Positions 1 through 11,355 of a DNA stretch of 64,000 bases are shown here, piece after piece. Numbering within the stretch: position 1 is the first letter of the stretch; the number at the start of each line of letters is the position of its first letter. A model generated the notes under the pieces. That model ran no database searches and was not told where the DNA came from. It saw only the letters and a program-made list of their open reading frames with translations. Origin of the DNA: Leucoraja erinacea (lineage: Eukaryota); assembly GCF_028641065.1 (NCBI RefSeq), contig NC_073388.1, positions 46,686,001 to 46,750,000 on the forward strand. Direction: 5' to 3'. Both the position numbers and the translations under genes were made by a program.

Positions 1-530
1 GTGGAATTCTGCATCCAGGAGTGAAAATCAAGTTATTAAATACAAACTTGATGGAGATAAATATATTTCTTAACACACAGAGATCAAGAGATATGGTAAG
101 AAAGCAGAATACTGAAGTGGACGTTTAGTCTTGATCATGTTGAATGGCAGAGCAGCATAAAGTGCTGAAAGGCCTCATCCTGCCCCAGTTATTTATTGTC
201 ATTGTAACATGGGCCATGTATAAAATGTCGAAATTTAAAATGTCGAAATATATAGATTTAGATGAGGGAATTAAATGTGACATCTCCATGTTTGCAGATG
301 ACAAAGCTGGGTGGCAGTGTGAGCTGCAATGAAGATGCTTTGAGGCTGCAGGGTGACTTGGATAGGTTGGGCGAGTGGGCAGATGCAGTATAACGATGCT
401 GTCAGATTAGGAAAAAGGGAGGTGCAACGAGACCTCGGTGTGCTTATACATTAGTTACTTAAAGTTAGCATGCAGGTACAGCAGGCAGTGAAGAAAGCCA
501 TTGGCCTTCATTGTTGAGGATTTGAGTTCA
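1..530 (+). mobile_element. CR1/HER1-type LINE fragments in UPF3B intron 1
   Basis: gtggaattct... 3' segment plus an RT remnant (DLDEGIKCDISMFADD). Confidence 0.75.
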
Positions 531-547
531 GGGGCCAAAGACTGGAC

Positions 548-644
548 AGTCTGAAGAAGGGTTTCGGCCCGAAACGTTACCTATCTCCTTCGCTCCATAG
601 CTGCTGCTGCACCCGCTGAGTTTCTCCAACATTTTTGTGTACCT
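548..644 (+). mobile_element. Penelope-derived mini-element with hammerhead-like motif
   Basis: cagtctgaagaagggtttcggcccgaaacgtt...tttgtgtacc, the same sequence as the 3' end of the GIY-YIG-coding copies. Confidence 0.75.
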
Positions 645-748
645 GTGCGTGTGTGGGTGGAGGGTGCCCGTGAAAGTAGCCCTCGGCAGTTGAATGGACT
701 TTGCAACCTGAACCCGTCTGTTGCACCGAGGCCTGTTGCTTCACAAAC

Positions 749-859
749 CTTGGTCAAAGCCTCTCTCTTTTCCTTCTTCTCGGTTCTCTCTGCCCGCTCC
801 TCGTACTTGACCTCGGCTTTCTTCTCCCTAGGTTTGGTGTTTTCCTTATCCTCCTTCAT
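749..859 (-). CDS. UPF3B: UPF3B (nonsense-mediated decay factor) coding exon 1; the gene continues off the left edge of the window
   Basis: ATG at 859 gives MKEDKENTKPREKKAEVKYEERAERTEKKEKREALTK, then a GT donor at 748-747. Resembles the UPF3B N-terminus (MKEEKE...KEKKEALSK|VVIRR) with the same exon end. Synteny with NDUFA1/AKAP14/NKAP agrees. Confidence 0.88.
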
Positions 860-1418
860 GTTGAGTGGCGGCGACGCCACCTGCCGCAGGCCTCTGCCCG
901 ACACTGAGCCCGCGGGGCTGGGCCTCCCGCACGTCGCTCAGCGCTGCCCGCTGCTCTGACGGTGGGCCCGGGGCCGGGACAGGGACCGGCTGGGCAAAGG
1001 GCCGTGAGGTTACACCTGGAGCTCCGAGACACTCCCACAGCGTTGAGGAAGGAAACCCGAGGTGAGATGATGGCGCTCGCACCAAGGAGCAACTTTCTGT
1101 CAGCTTCTAACAGCTCTGTCGCTTCTATCACTGCGCATGGGCAGCTGGCCGTCTCTGGGAGGCTCCCTACTGCGCATGCTCCGAATGGGCGGCCGTTGGG
1201 TGCGCTCGCGCGTCCAATACACTGAGCCTGCGCATGCTCAGTGTAGTGGGACCGTGACTGCTGGTGGCGTCCGCGCATGCTCAGAGTAGGGACGGCCGCG
1301 GGCCAGGGCGCCCGCGCATGCTCAGTGTGTGGAGGGCGAGTGGGACGAGGGCAGGTCGCGGCGCCCGCGCATGCTCAGTGTGTAGGTGAGCGGGTCCGGC
1401 CGCGGTGCTCGAGCAGCG
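860..1418. promoter_or_regulatory. CpG-island bidirectional promoter of UPF3B and NDUFA1 with six GCGCATG (NRF1-like) sites
   Basis: GC/CpG-rich 559 bp between divergent ATGs. GCGCATG(CTCAG) motifs near 1132, 1171, 1229, 1272, 1313 and 1366; CCAAT near 1214; YY1-like GATGGCG near 1068. Confidence 0.8.
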
Positions 1419-1520
1419 ATGTGGTACGAGATCCTCCCCGGCCTCAGCCTCATGGCCGTGTGCCTGACCATCCCCGGCCTCTCCACCATCTACCTCCATA
1501 GGTGGACGAACGGCGGCAAG
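1419..1520 (+). CDS. NDUFA1: NDUFA1 (complex I MWFE subunit) exon 1
   Basis: [34 protein letters not shown], 102 nt, donor GTGAGT at 1521. Confidence 0.97.
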
Positions 1521-2054
1521 GTGAGTGTGGTCGTGGCAGTGTATGGGCTCACGGACCCCGCTGCAATAGTGTTGTGCCTCTGGCCCTTGATTCAACACCT
1601 GTCGTCTGCCTCTGATGATCCACCTGGACTGGAGGCGATGGTGGACCCCAACAGTCTCTGAATATGGGCAGTTTAACTATGATAGACCGAGGTTAAGTTT
1701 CCAAGAGAGAGATTGTGCGACTGGGAGTGGAGGCTGCACATTTTCCCACGTAACTGCTGCCCTTGCCTTTCATGGATGGAGAGGTCAAGGATGGAGCTTG
1801 GTGAGTAACTGCAAATAAGGATGCAGAAGAGTTTTACTACAATGCTGCCTGGATTAGAGGGTATTAGCTACAGGAAGAGATCAATTTACCACACTGTCCG
1901 GTGGATGCAAGTGTACCTTTACTGGAAGGGGCAGCTGGTTCTGAGGCAGAAGGTCAGTGCTGCAAAAAGGAGATACCGTGCTTTACCAATTATATCCAGC
2001 GCTCCGGGTTCGTGGATCAAATTTAACTGTTTATATAAATACACTTTTAAGTTG

Positions 2055-2794
2055 TAGGGTGATTTCACCAAAGGTCAAATGAGCGTAGATCCCCCCTCAC
2101 GTGACCGAAAATTTTAACTGGAGGACATCTCTCAGTTTGGTACATGTAAGTGAATGGGGAAACACGCACTTTCCCACCCGTTAAAAACATGGAAAACGGC
2201 CGATGTTTGAGCTGAAATTTTCTGTGCTAGTCGGGGTGACCGTGAAGCACAGCGACCTAAATTTTCAGGCAAAAAAAAAGATAGAAAGTGAGGTAATTAC
2301 AAGAGGGAACTGAAGGTAGAAAGCGGCGGAAGTGAACAGCTGACATTTGCCGTGGTAATTTTAAGATCCAAAATATCGGGAATTAACGCGTTTGCTCGCT
2401 GAATTTCATCAAAAGTAAGGCATTATTAACTTACTTTTGATGAAATTCAGCGAGCAAACGCGATAATTCCCGATATTTTGGATCTTAAAATCTTCACGGC
2501 AAATGTCAGCTGTTCACTTCCGCCGCTTTCTACCTTCAGTTCCCTCTTGTAATTACCTCACTTTCTATCTTTTTTTTTGCCTGAAAATTTAGGTCGCTGT
2601 GCTTCACGGTCACCCCGACTAGCACAGAAAATTTCAGCTCAAAAATCGGCCGTTTTCCATGTTTTTAACGGGTGGGAAAGTGCGTGTTTCCCCATTCACT
2701 TACATGTACCAAACTGAGAGATGTCCTCCAGTTAAAATTTTCGGTCACGTGAGGGGGGATCTACGCTCATTTGACCTTTGGTGAAATCACCCTA
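2055..2794. mobile_element. Fold-back non-autonomous DNA transposon (two 365-bp inverted arms, 10-nt spacer), possibly Academ-like
   Basis: 2055-2419 is the reverse complement of 2430-2794 with about 5 mismatches. Termini are TAGGG...CCCTA, flanked by TTG on both sides. An alternative reading is GGG...CCC termini with a TA duplication. Confidence 0.8.
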
Positions 2795-2829
2795 TTGGCT
2801 GCAATCTTTCTTTGCCGAAGCTATTCTAA

Positions 2830-3650
2830 TGTATGGCAGATGTAGTATAATGTGGATAAATGTAACGTTATCCACTTTGGTGGCAAGAGCAGGAAGGCAG
2901 ATTATCATCTGAATGGTGTCAAATTGGGAAAAGGGGAAGTACAACGAGACCTGGGTGAGCTTGTACATCAGTCACTGAAAGTAAGCATGCAGGTTCAGCA
3001 GGCAGTGAAGAAAGCTAATGACATGTTGGCCTTCATAACGAGAGGAGTTGAGTATAGGAGTAAAGAGGCCTTTCTGCAGTTGTACAGGGCCCTGGTGGGA
3101 GTGCTGTGTGCATTTTTGGTGTCCTAATTTGAGGAAGGACCTTCTTGCTATTGAGGGCGTGCAGTGTAGATTCACAAGGTTAATTACAGGGATAGCAGGA
3201 CTGTCATAATATGAAAGAATGGAGTGACTGGACTTGTATTCATTGGAATTGAGAAGGATGAGAGGGATATAGAAACATATAATATTATTAAGGGATTGGA
3301 CACACTAGATGCAGGAGACATGTTCCCAATGTTGGGGAGTCCAGAAGCGGGGGGCACAGTTTAAGAATAAAGGGGTAGACCATTTAAAACTGAGGTGAGG
3401 AAAAATGTTTTCACACAGAGTTGTGAATTTGTGGAATTCTCTGCCTTGTGGCAGTGGTGGCCGATTCACTGGATGCATTTAAAAGAGAGTTAGATAGAAC
3501 TCTTGGGTTTCACGGAATCAAGGGATATGGGGAGAAGGCAGGGACGGGGAACTGATTGTGGATGATCAGCCATGATCACATTGAATGGCTGGCTCAAAGG
3601 ACAGAATGGCCTACTCCTGCACCTATTGTCTGTGTATCTATGTATGTATC
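2830..3650 (+). mobile_element. CR1/HER1 LINE 3' fragment
   Basis: RT C-terminus (KCNVIHFG...LQLYRALV) and the 3' UTR hairpin gaatggcctactcctgcacc with a (tatg)n tail. Confidence 0.85.
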
Positions 3651-4749
3651 AATGCAAAGCAAAAGGCAGTCAAGAAAATATCAAGATGACATTGATTTCT
3701 TAAGAAGGTATCATTACTAACGATGTAAAAAGGTTGTCAAATAATACAACATTATGCCGTCAAAGCTGAGAGAAAACACAAACACAAGGAGAATAAATAA
3801 AATAGATTAGATATTTGTATCTTGCATGAATAAAGCAATAAAGACTTGAATTGTTATGGGCTAGGTTTTCTTCAGGCTGTGCGCATTCATGCGTTGAGTT
3901 AAGAGGATGACTACGATAAAACAAACTGTTAAATGAGTGAGTAAGGAAATGATTAGGAGGACTCTGAATATTGATGGGTGAACTGGATGTATTTTCTCTG
4001 GCCAATCCATCTTTCTTGCATCAGCTTCTGAAGAGCAATCCATCTGGGCTCAGCCCCTGCCTAGAAGTTAGTTGGTTTTCCTTCTTGAAAGCTATTTATA
4101 GATAGATTTCAAGAAGTCCACCACCCTCCTTTATCTTTCAGTCTGAAGAAGGGTTCTGACTCAAAATGTCACTGATTCTTTTTCTCCAAAGATGCTGCTT
4201 GACCCGCTGAGTTACTCCAGCATTTTGTGTCTGTCTTCGGTGTCCACTTTGGTATTTCCTTCCTGCTACATAAGATGAAGCTTGGTTAACATTAGTTTTC
4301 ATGAATAACACACCGCTACTCCCTTTCTCTCTGTGGTAAAACTTTAGCACAATATCTTTCCATGAATAAACTGGGATTGGGAATGTCACGTTTGGTTAGT
4401 CTTGAATTAAATCCTTAGAATGAGGGCTATATGAAGTGCAACTTTTATTTATTTTTTAAATCATAAGAAATAGGATTTAATGAACATGATTCCCTGAGCA
4501 AGTTTTATCATTCAGAAGTACCATGGTTTATTTTCCTACCTGACCCCCCCAATTCCTTTCCAAAAAATAGTAGTAGTCCATTTTGTATATACTAATGACT
4601 GGATGTCCACAGCCCTCTGACTGGATGTCCACAGTAATTTTTCCTCATTTGCATGCTGATTGGCTGGTATCTTATTGGGTCATTTTTGACCCCCCAAATA
4701 TAAAACTACTGGTTACTATTATTTGAGAAATAAAAGCCTTTTAAATCAG

Positions 4750-5570
4750 AGAAAGACAATATGCTGGAGTAACTCAGCAGGTCAAGCAACATCGCTGGAG
4801 AACATGAATATGTGATGTTTCAACAAGGAATCATTCTTCAGGCTGATTGCTGGACAGTGGGAATGAAGCTGGATAAGAGAGGCAAAGTGGTTGCTGAGTC
4901 TATGCGATGTAACACCATTTCCCTTTACCTTCTCCACCGAGGAACCCCAGCAGTCCTTCCAGGCGAAACAAAGCTTCACATGTACCTCCTGTAGCCTCAT
5001 CTACTGCATCTGATGTTCTCAATGTGGCCTCCTACATAAGCGCAACCAAACGTAGACTCTGCGACTGCTTTGCCGAACACTTGCACTCAGTCTGCTAAAG
5101 CCTACTGGATCTCCTGGTTGCTAATCCCATTTCCATACTGACATTTCTGTCCCATGCCTCTTCTATCGTCAGACTGAGGCCACACAACCCAATGATATGA
5201 ATATTTGATTCTCCAATTTTAGATAATGACCCCACGGACAGCCCCCTTCCCCTCCCCTTTTTCTACGCAAGAACCCTCTCCCTTTCTTTCCCACTCTCCT
5301 CCCTTGAACCCTGGCTGAGCTTGCATTGGTTTCTCCCCCCCACGGCATCCAATTTGCAACTTTTCTATCCCCGACTTTAAAACCTTGCCCGTGTTCATCT
5401 ATTACTGGCCATACCTTGTCCTGACCCCCTCTTTTCCAGCGCACCCCCCCCCTCCTTCTTTTCCCCCATCACCATGCCATTGGGCTGAAGAAGGGTCCTA
5501 ACCTGTTGAGTTCCTCCAGCACTTTGTGTCTTTCTTTGATATAAACCAGCATCTGCAGTTCCTTGTGAAC
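4750..5570. mobile_element. Degenerate Penelope-like element with an inverted 5' piece
   Basis: GIY-YIG remnant (catctactgcatctgatg...gccgaacacttgcactcag) and terminal ctgaagaagggtcc...ccagcatctgcagttcc. Confidence 0.65.
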
Positions 5571-5680
5571 GCCTTTTAAATCAGATTTACCAAAGCATAG
5601 ATGTATATCATGAAAACTAAACGTTGCTTTTTAAGAAAACCAGATGCTGTTAACAGATTTCAATGGTTGTTCATACTCAG

Positions 5681-5770
5681 GAAAAACGGACTGCACGTTT
5701 ACCTTATCACTGGAGTCTGTTGGAAAGAGACAGGAGAGTGTCTGACTGCAAAACCTACTTCAAATCAAAG
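5681..5770 (+). CDS. NDUFA1: NDUFA1 exon 2
   Basis: ctcag acceptor, EKRTARLPYHWSLLERDRRVSDCKTYFKSK (90 nt, phase 0/0), donor GTAAAT. Confidence 0.96.
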
Positions 5771-5954
5771 GTAAATTCTTAAAGTGAATACTGAAATATT
5801 TTATTTTGATCTCTGGTTGGGTCCACTTAACGTTAATCTTGCAATGCAATTAAAAAGTAAAGAGCAGCAAGTTAATATAGATGTAAGCTTTTAATTTTAA
5901 TTTATTTATTGTGATTATGTAAAGTGAATATCCTGTTTTCTTTCATTTTAACAG

Positions 5955-5975
5955 GGATTGGAAAACATCGACTGA
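5955..5975 (+). CDS. NDUFA1: NDUFA1 exon 3 (terminal coding part)
   Basis: ttttaacag acceptor, GLENID-TGA. The spliced protein is 70 aa, the canonical length. Confidence 0.95.
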   Translation, partial: GLENID

Positions 5976-7391
5976 TGGGCTTTTCTTCTGAACATCCAGT
6001 TTGTGACCATAAAGGAGAAGCATTACTAAAACATGAAATGTAATCCATGTTTCATAATGTAAATTACATAGTTTAACATAAAATGGAAGATACAATTTCC
6101 TTGTATGTAGCTTGTGTTGTCTATTACAGATAAATTTGGGAAGGCAATAGAAAGTAGGGAGAAAGAAATTAGTGAGTTTGAAGTCAGGAAATGCTGATTC
6201 TGGGCTATCAATATAGTCATTGAAAAGGTTTCTGTGTTGTATCTCTCTCGTACCTATCTTGTCCTTTATAATTCTTTTGGAGCTTGCAAATTCTATTGGC
6301 ACATAGCCAAATAAAATTAAGCAAGCACAATAAGAGTAAGCACAGGGCAGTGAACCCCTGTATGGAGAAATTTCAGCAATAAATTTCAAACCATGTAATG
6401 ATATCAACAATGTCCATAATGCAATGACTGTAATCCTGATTTGTATGATCATGGTTTAGTAAACCAATGAAACTAGCTTGTCCTCTAGCTGGTATCTATA
6501 TTGATGGCTTCAGAAGTTGTTAAATAAATATGTTGAAGCGTTTCGAGAGAAAGTTCTGCTTGGATGCTAGTTTTTGCACTGGGTAAAGTAGTAAGATGTT
6601 GAAATGAAAGAAGGCATCCTGGCCATTGTTTTGATCAGGTATTCTGCAGGTGTAAATAGGGAAGTAAACAAGCCTCTGGAAAGGAGTAGAGAGAGCTGCT
6701 TCATATGGATTGTGACAATTGTTGTGTTCCAGTACAGTATTCAAGTATAAATACGGCACTTACACTCTACAAGCACTGCTTGTTAGACGGTCTTAAATGG
6801 AATGCTGGACGCTTCTCTTCAAAGCAGATGCAAGACTTTTCCAGTATTCTATTTATATAGTAGTTGCAGATATCCTTCCTGCCATTAATTAATATCCTAA
6901 GTTTTTTTTTTTAACTTTCCCATGCACAGGGCAAACAACCAGGCAGATTTATCAGGCCACCGATGAGCTACAAAGGCATGCTTTGTAGTCTGTACTGCAG
7001 CTTTGTTCCTATTTATATGATTATAGGTTCGGTGTTTTGCTGTGGCCTCCAAGTAATGCCCTAGCAGTTTCCCTGGTAACGCAGCTTGCGCTTTAATTGT
7101 GTGTGCATAATTCCTTCATCTATTCCCACGTGTGGTTATTGAACAAGGTCAAACATGCCAAAGATGGTTTCTCATTTCTAGTCAAGGTTGCACAGCAATT
7201 ATCTATAATTCCATATTTAAATCCTAAATAAGAATTGGTAAGATAAAAAAGTCATCTACCTCTTCATGGGAGAACAAGCAAGTGAAGTAGGAGTGGACCA
7301 TTTTGTGCCATTCAATTATATGGCCAGTACTATTGTAAATCTATCCTCCTGGCTGAACCCTGTATGCCTTGAATTCCTTAGTATTCATGTA

Positions 7392-8349
7392 CAGGTGCAC
7401 AACCTTTTATCCGGTGTTCCGGAAACCGAAAAACTCCGAAAACCGGCCATTTTTTCCAGGATGTCGTCTGCGCACCAAAGCTCGTGTTTAGCGCCAAACT
7501 TGACCCGAAACGACCCACGGTCAAACCAGGTCTGTACTACTGCAGCGGCTGCCTCCTCCCCGGAGACCGGGAGCCGTTTAAACATCTGTAATTCATTGCT
7601 TAAATGTTAGTCAGTTAGTTTGGAGGGCTTTTATGTGAAGGGGTAAACTTTAATTCTTTGTCCCCTACCTGGTCGGAGAGGCGGGGAGCGGTCAATGCCT
7701 TACCGGGTCGCCGTGTAGTAAGCTCCGCAGCGCTGTGGCCGGTGGGGCTGCGGGCGGCGCCGGTTGTAGCTCCGACCCCGGCAACTCTACCCCTGGCTGC
7801 GAGGCGCTCCAAATCCAGCGCGGCCCGCGGCCGGACGCCCCAGCTCCACGAATGTCGGGAGTCGGCGGCGTCGCAGCGCTGGGATACCAGCGGGGAGCGG
7901 GCAATGCCTTACCGGGTCGCCGTGCGGCAAGCTCCGGAGCGCTGTGGCCGCCGACTCCCAACGTTCGCGGAGCGTCGCTGGATTTGGAGCCGCGCAGCCA
8001 GGGGTAGAGTTGCCGGGGTCGGAGCTCCAACCGGCGCCGCCCGCGGCCGGACGGAGCCCCCAGCTCTGCGAGGTTGGGAGTCGCCGACCAGGTAGGGGAC
8101 TAAGAATTAAAGTTTCCCCCTTCACCCCTACTCCACCACCACCACATAAAATCCCTCCAAACTAACTGACTAACATTCATGCAATGATTCTCCCGGTCTC
8201 CGGGGAGGAGGCAGCTGCTCCAGACTTTTCAAGCCACCCGCGCTACCTACCTAATCTACGCTAAAAATCTTCCATTCGGAAATCCGAAAATGTCCGAAAT
8301 CCGACAAGTGTCTGGTCCCAAGGCTTTCGGATAAAAGGTTGTGCACCTG
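7392..8349. mobile_element. Tc1/mariner (pogo/Tigger-like) MITE with internal nested inverted repeats
   Basis: 22-bp perfect TIR CAGGTGCACAACCTTTTATCCG...CGGATAAAAGGTTGTGCACCTG; TA duplication at 7390-7391 and 8350-8351. Confidence 0.88.
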
Positions 8350-8833
8350 TACTGGTTACTTTCAGTCTTCAATAAACTCAAAAACTGAGCATGCACTGCA
8401 CTTTGGGTTTAGAATTCCAAAAGTTGACACCCCTCAAAATAAAGGGGCTTCGCATCTCAGTCTTGTAGCCAGCCCTCACCCTTGGATTCTGCTCCTGTGG
8501 AATATTCAACAAAACACAGTGCTGGAGGAACTTAGCAGGTCAGGCAGCATCTGTGGAGGGAATGGACAGACAAGATTTCTGGGTTATGACCCTTCTTCAG
8601 ACTTGCATGCAAGATCATCTCCAAGTTGATGCACAATCCACAGACCAGTAGGTGAGCACAATGGTTTTGTGAAAGGAAAATAAATCGGACATGAAAGATA
8701 AAATACCATGTCAAATCAGCAAGGCATATTTTTATTATTTCTTAAATTTTTATCACCATTATTACAGTAAACCATTAGGGTACATCTTCTGATGAATCCT
8801 ATAGTGTTGCATTTGTTTTATTTCTGCATGCCA

Positions 8834-8934
8834 TTAACTGTTGGATCCAATAACTAGGAAGGAAAATAAGAACAGTGCAGCAATGATGCCAATTGTAGAG
8901 AAGAACTTCACCCCACAGCATGTGATTCCTGGAG
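8834..8934 (-). CDS. Reeler-domain protein, coding exon 5 (hydrophobic C-terminus, GPI signal or TM helix)
   Basis: cttttccag acceptor, phase 1, (A)PGITCCGVKFFSTIGIIAALFLFSFLVIGSNS-TAA; minus-strand AATAAA near 8817-8822. Confidence 0.8.
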
Positions 8935-9019
8935 CTGGAAAAGAATGATATAATTAATATTTTCAAAATTTACATTGTTGGTTATGAGATTCAGCATGTC
9001 CACCAATGTCTCAATAAAA

Positions 9020-9375
9020 TACCAAAGAGTATTTTATTGTCATATGTCCCGGATGGGACGATGAAAGTCTTACTTGCTGCAGCACAACATAATACGTAAA
9101 CATAGTACATAATGGGGGAAGAGAAAAAAAAGAAAAAGTTCAATAAATAACAAATATAGGGCAATAATAATATTGTCTTTTGCAGCTCAGGGCTTATTCA
9201 TCGTTGTGTTTAATAGCCTGATGGTTGTAGGGAAGAAGCTGTTCCTGAACCTGGATGTTACAATTTTAAGGCTCCTGTAATCTTCTTCCTGATGAGAATG
9301 GTGAGATGAGTGTGTGGCCAGGATGGTGTGGGTCCTTGATGATTTTGGCTGCCTTTTTGAGGCATCGACTACGAT
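9020..9375 (-). mobile_element. Rex1/L2-like LINE 3' fragment
   Basis: YRSLKIVTSRFRNSFFPTTIRLLN and the catatgacaataaa tail. Confidence 0.75.
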
Positions 9376-9500
9376 ATTGGACAGATTTCCTGATGGATGT
9401 GCATATTCTGTAAGGAACACTGCGCAAAGTTGCCTCTGGTAGCTATTGGATTATAGTTTTATATTTAAATTCATAAAAAGAAGTCGCATTTTGTCCAAAA

Positions 9501-10113
9501 TCTATATACTATTAAAACTTGTTTGTCTGACTGTCTGTGATCTCAAGGAGCTATGCCAAAATGGTACACAATAGTGCAAAAAAATTTGCAGAACCTTACT
9601 CGGCTTTTTCCCGTCTTCGGTCTAATCAAGTTTCCTTCAGATTTGATGGTATATTTCACATTATTGATATTTCAAGCTTTAAAAAACCAACGAACAAGAT
9701 TTTTACTGTTAAAATCCTTGCTGCACCAACTTTCAACAGACTTTGATACAAAGTTGCAATACAGGAACGCTGTGCTTCCACCTAGCTTTCACCTGAATGG
9801 GATATCACAGTCCTCCACCTGACATTGCAACAATCTTGCGATATCATACAACACTACTCCAGCTATTGGCAGGACAAAAGGGGGAGGGTGAATTGGTATT
9901 GCAATTAGGGAAGTGCAATTGCAATTTTTTTTTAATCCAGTGTTGGGGGAGGCAGGGGAGTGCTGGAATCTTGCGTTCGGCAACGTGTTGAGTTGGGGGA
10001 CCACGCCACCAATGGGGGTTACGAGTTAGTGGTGCAATATTGCGTTGGGGAACGGGTTGGGTTGGGGGACCAGGCCTCCTCCTGTGTGACGGGGACCGTA
10101 CCAGTTGCTCTAG
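9501..10113 (+). mobile_element. Non-autonomous Helitron
   Basis: Starts A|TCTATATACTATTAAAAC and ends CTAG|T, i.e. insertion between A and T with no TSD; degenerate subterminal hairpin. Confidence 0.7.
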
Positions 10114-10129
10114 TATATTAAATTTGTAT

Positions 10130-11355
10130 TCAAGAAGGAACTGCAGATGCTGGAAGATCGAAGGAACTCAAAAATGCTGGAGAAACTCAGCGGGTGCAGC
10201 AGCATCTATGGAGCAAAGGAAATGGGCGACGTTTCGGGCCGAAACCCTTCTTCAGACTGATGGGGCGTGGGGGGGAGAAGGAAGGAAAAAGGGAGGAGGA
10301 GGAGCCCGAGGGCGGGGGGATGGGAGGAGACAACTCGAGGGTTAAGGAAGGGGAGGAGACAGCAAGGGCTAGCAAAACTGGGAGAATTCAACGTTCATGC
10401 CATCCGGACGCAGGCAACCCAGGCGGAATATGAGGTGTTGTTCCTCCAATTTCTGGTGTTGCTTACTCTGGCAATGGAGGAGACCCAGGACAGAGAGGTC
10501 GGATTGGGAATGGGAGGGGGAGTTGAAGTGCTGAGCCACCGGGAGTTTAGGTAGGTTATTGCGGACTGAGCGGAGGTGTTCGGCGAAACGATCGCCCAAC
10601 CTCCGCTTAGTCTCCCCGATGTAAATCAGCTGACATTTAGAGCAGCGGATGCAGTAGATGAGATTGGAGGAGATGCATGTGAACCTTTGTCGCACCTGGA
10701 ACGACTGCTTGGATCCTTGAATGGAGTCGAGGGGGGAGGCGAAGGGACAGGTGTTGCATTTCTTGCGGTTGCAACGGAAAGTGCCCTGGGAGGGGGTGGT
10801 ACGGGAGGGAAGGGAAGAATTGGCAAGGGAGTTGCGGAGGGAGCGGTCTTTGCGGAAGGGAGACGTAGGGGGAGATGGGAAGATGTGGTGAGTGGTGGGG
10901 TCACGTTGGAGGTGGCGGAAATGGTGGAGGATTATTTGTTGCAGGTAGGTTATTGCGGACTGAGCGGAGGTGTTCGGCGAAACGATCGCCCAACCTCTGC
11001 TTAGTCTCCCTGATGTAAATCTCTGTCCTGGGTCTCCACCATTGCCAGAGTGAGCAACACCGGAAATTGGAGGAACAGCACCTCATATTCCGCCTGAGTT
11101 GCTTGCGTCCGGATGGCATGAACGTTGAATTCTCCCAGTTTTGCTAGCCCTTGCTGTCTCCTCCCCTTCCTTAACCCTCGAGCTGTCTCCTCCCATCCCC
11201 CCCGCCCTCAGGCTCCTCCTCCTCCCTTTTTCCTTCCTTCTCCCCCCCCCCCCCCCATCAGTCTGAAGAAGGGTTTCGGCCCGAAACGTGACCTATTGCC
11301 TTCGCTCCATAGATGCTGCTGCACCCGCTGAGTTTCTCCAGCATTTTTGTGTACC
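10130..11355 (-). mobile_element. Penelope-like element: GIY-YIG endonuclease remnant (ORF 10369-10695) plus an inverted duplicate of its 3' end (about 11021-11355, +)
   Basis: NLIYCIRC..C.LIYIGETKRRL..RF.EH motif; TSD tattaaatttgtat at 10116-10129 and 11356-11369. Confidence 0.9.

Noticed and set aside
860-1418. RNF113A, expected from human synteny
   Set aside because: No CCCH or RING coding sequence is present; the divergent exon matches UPF3B.
4596-4634. 17-bp direct repeat tgactggatgtccacag
   Set aside because: A small local duplication within a decayed LINE fragment, with no sign of function.
5943-6452. 169-aa minus-strand ORF
   Set aside because: It is antisense to NDUFA1 exon 3 and 3' UTR, AT-rich, with no recognisable motif or splice support.
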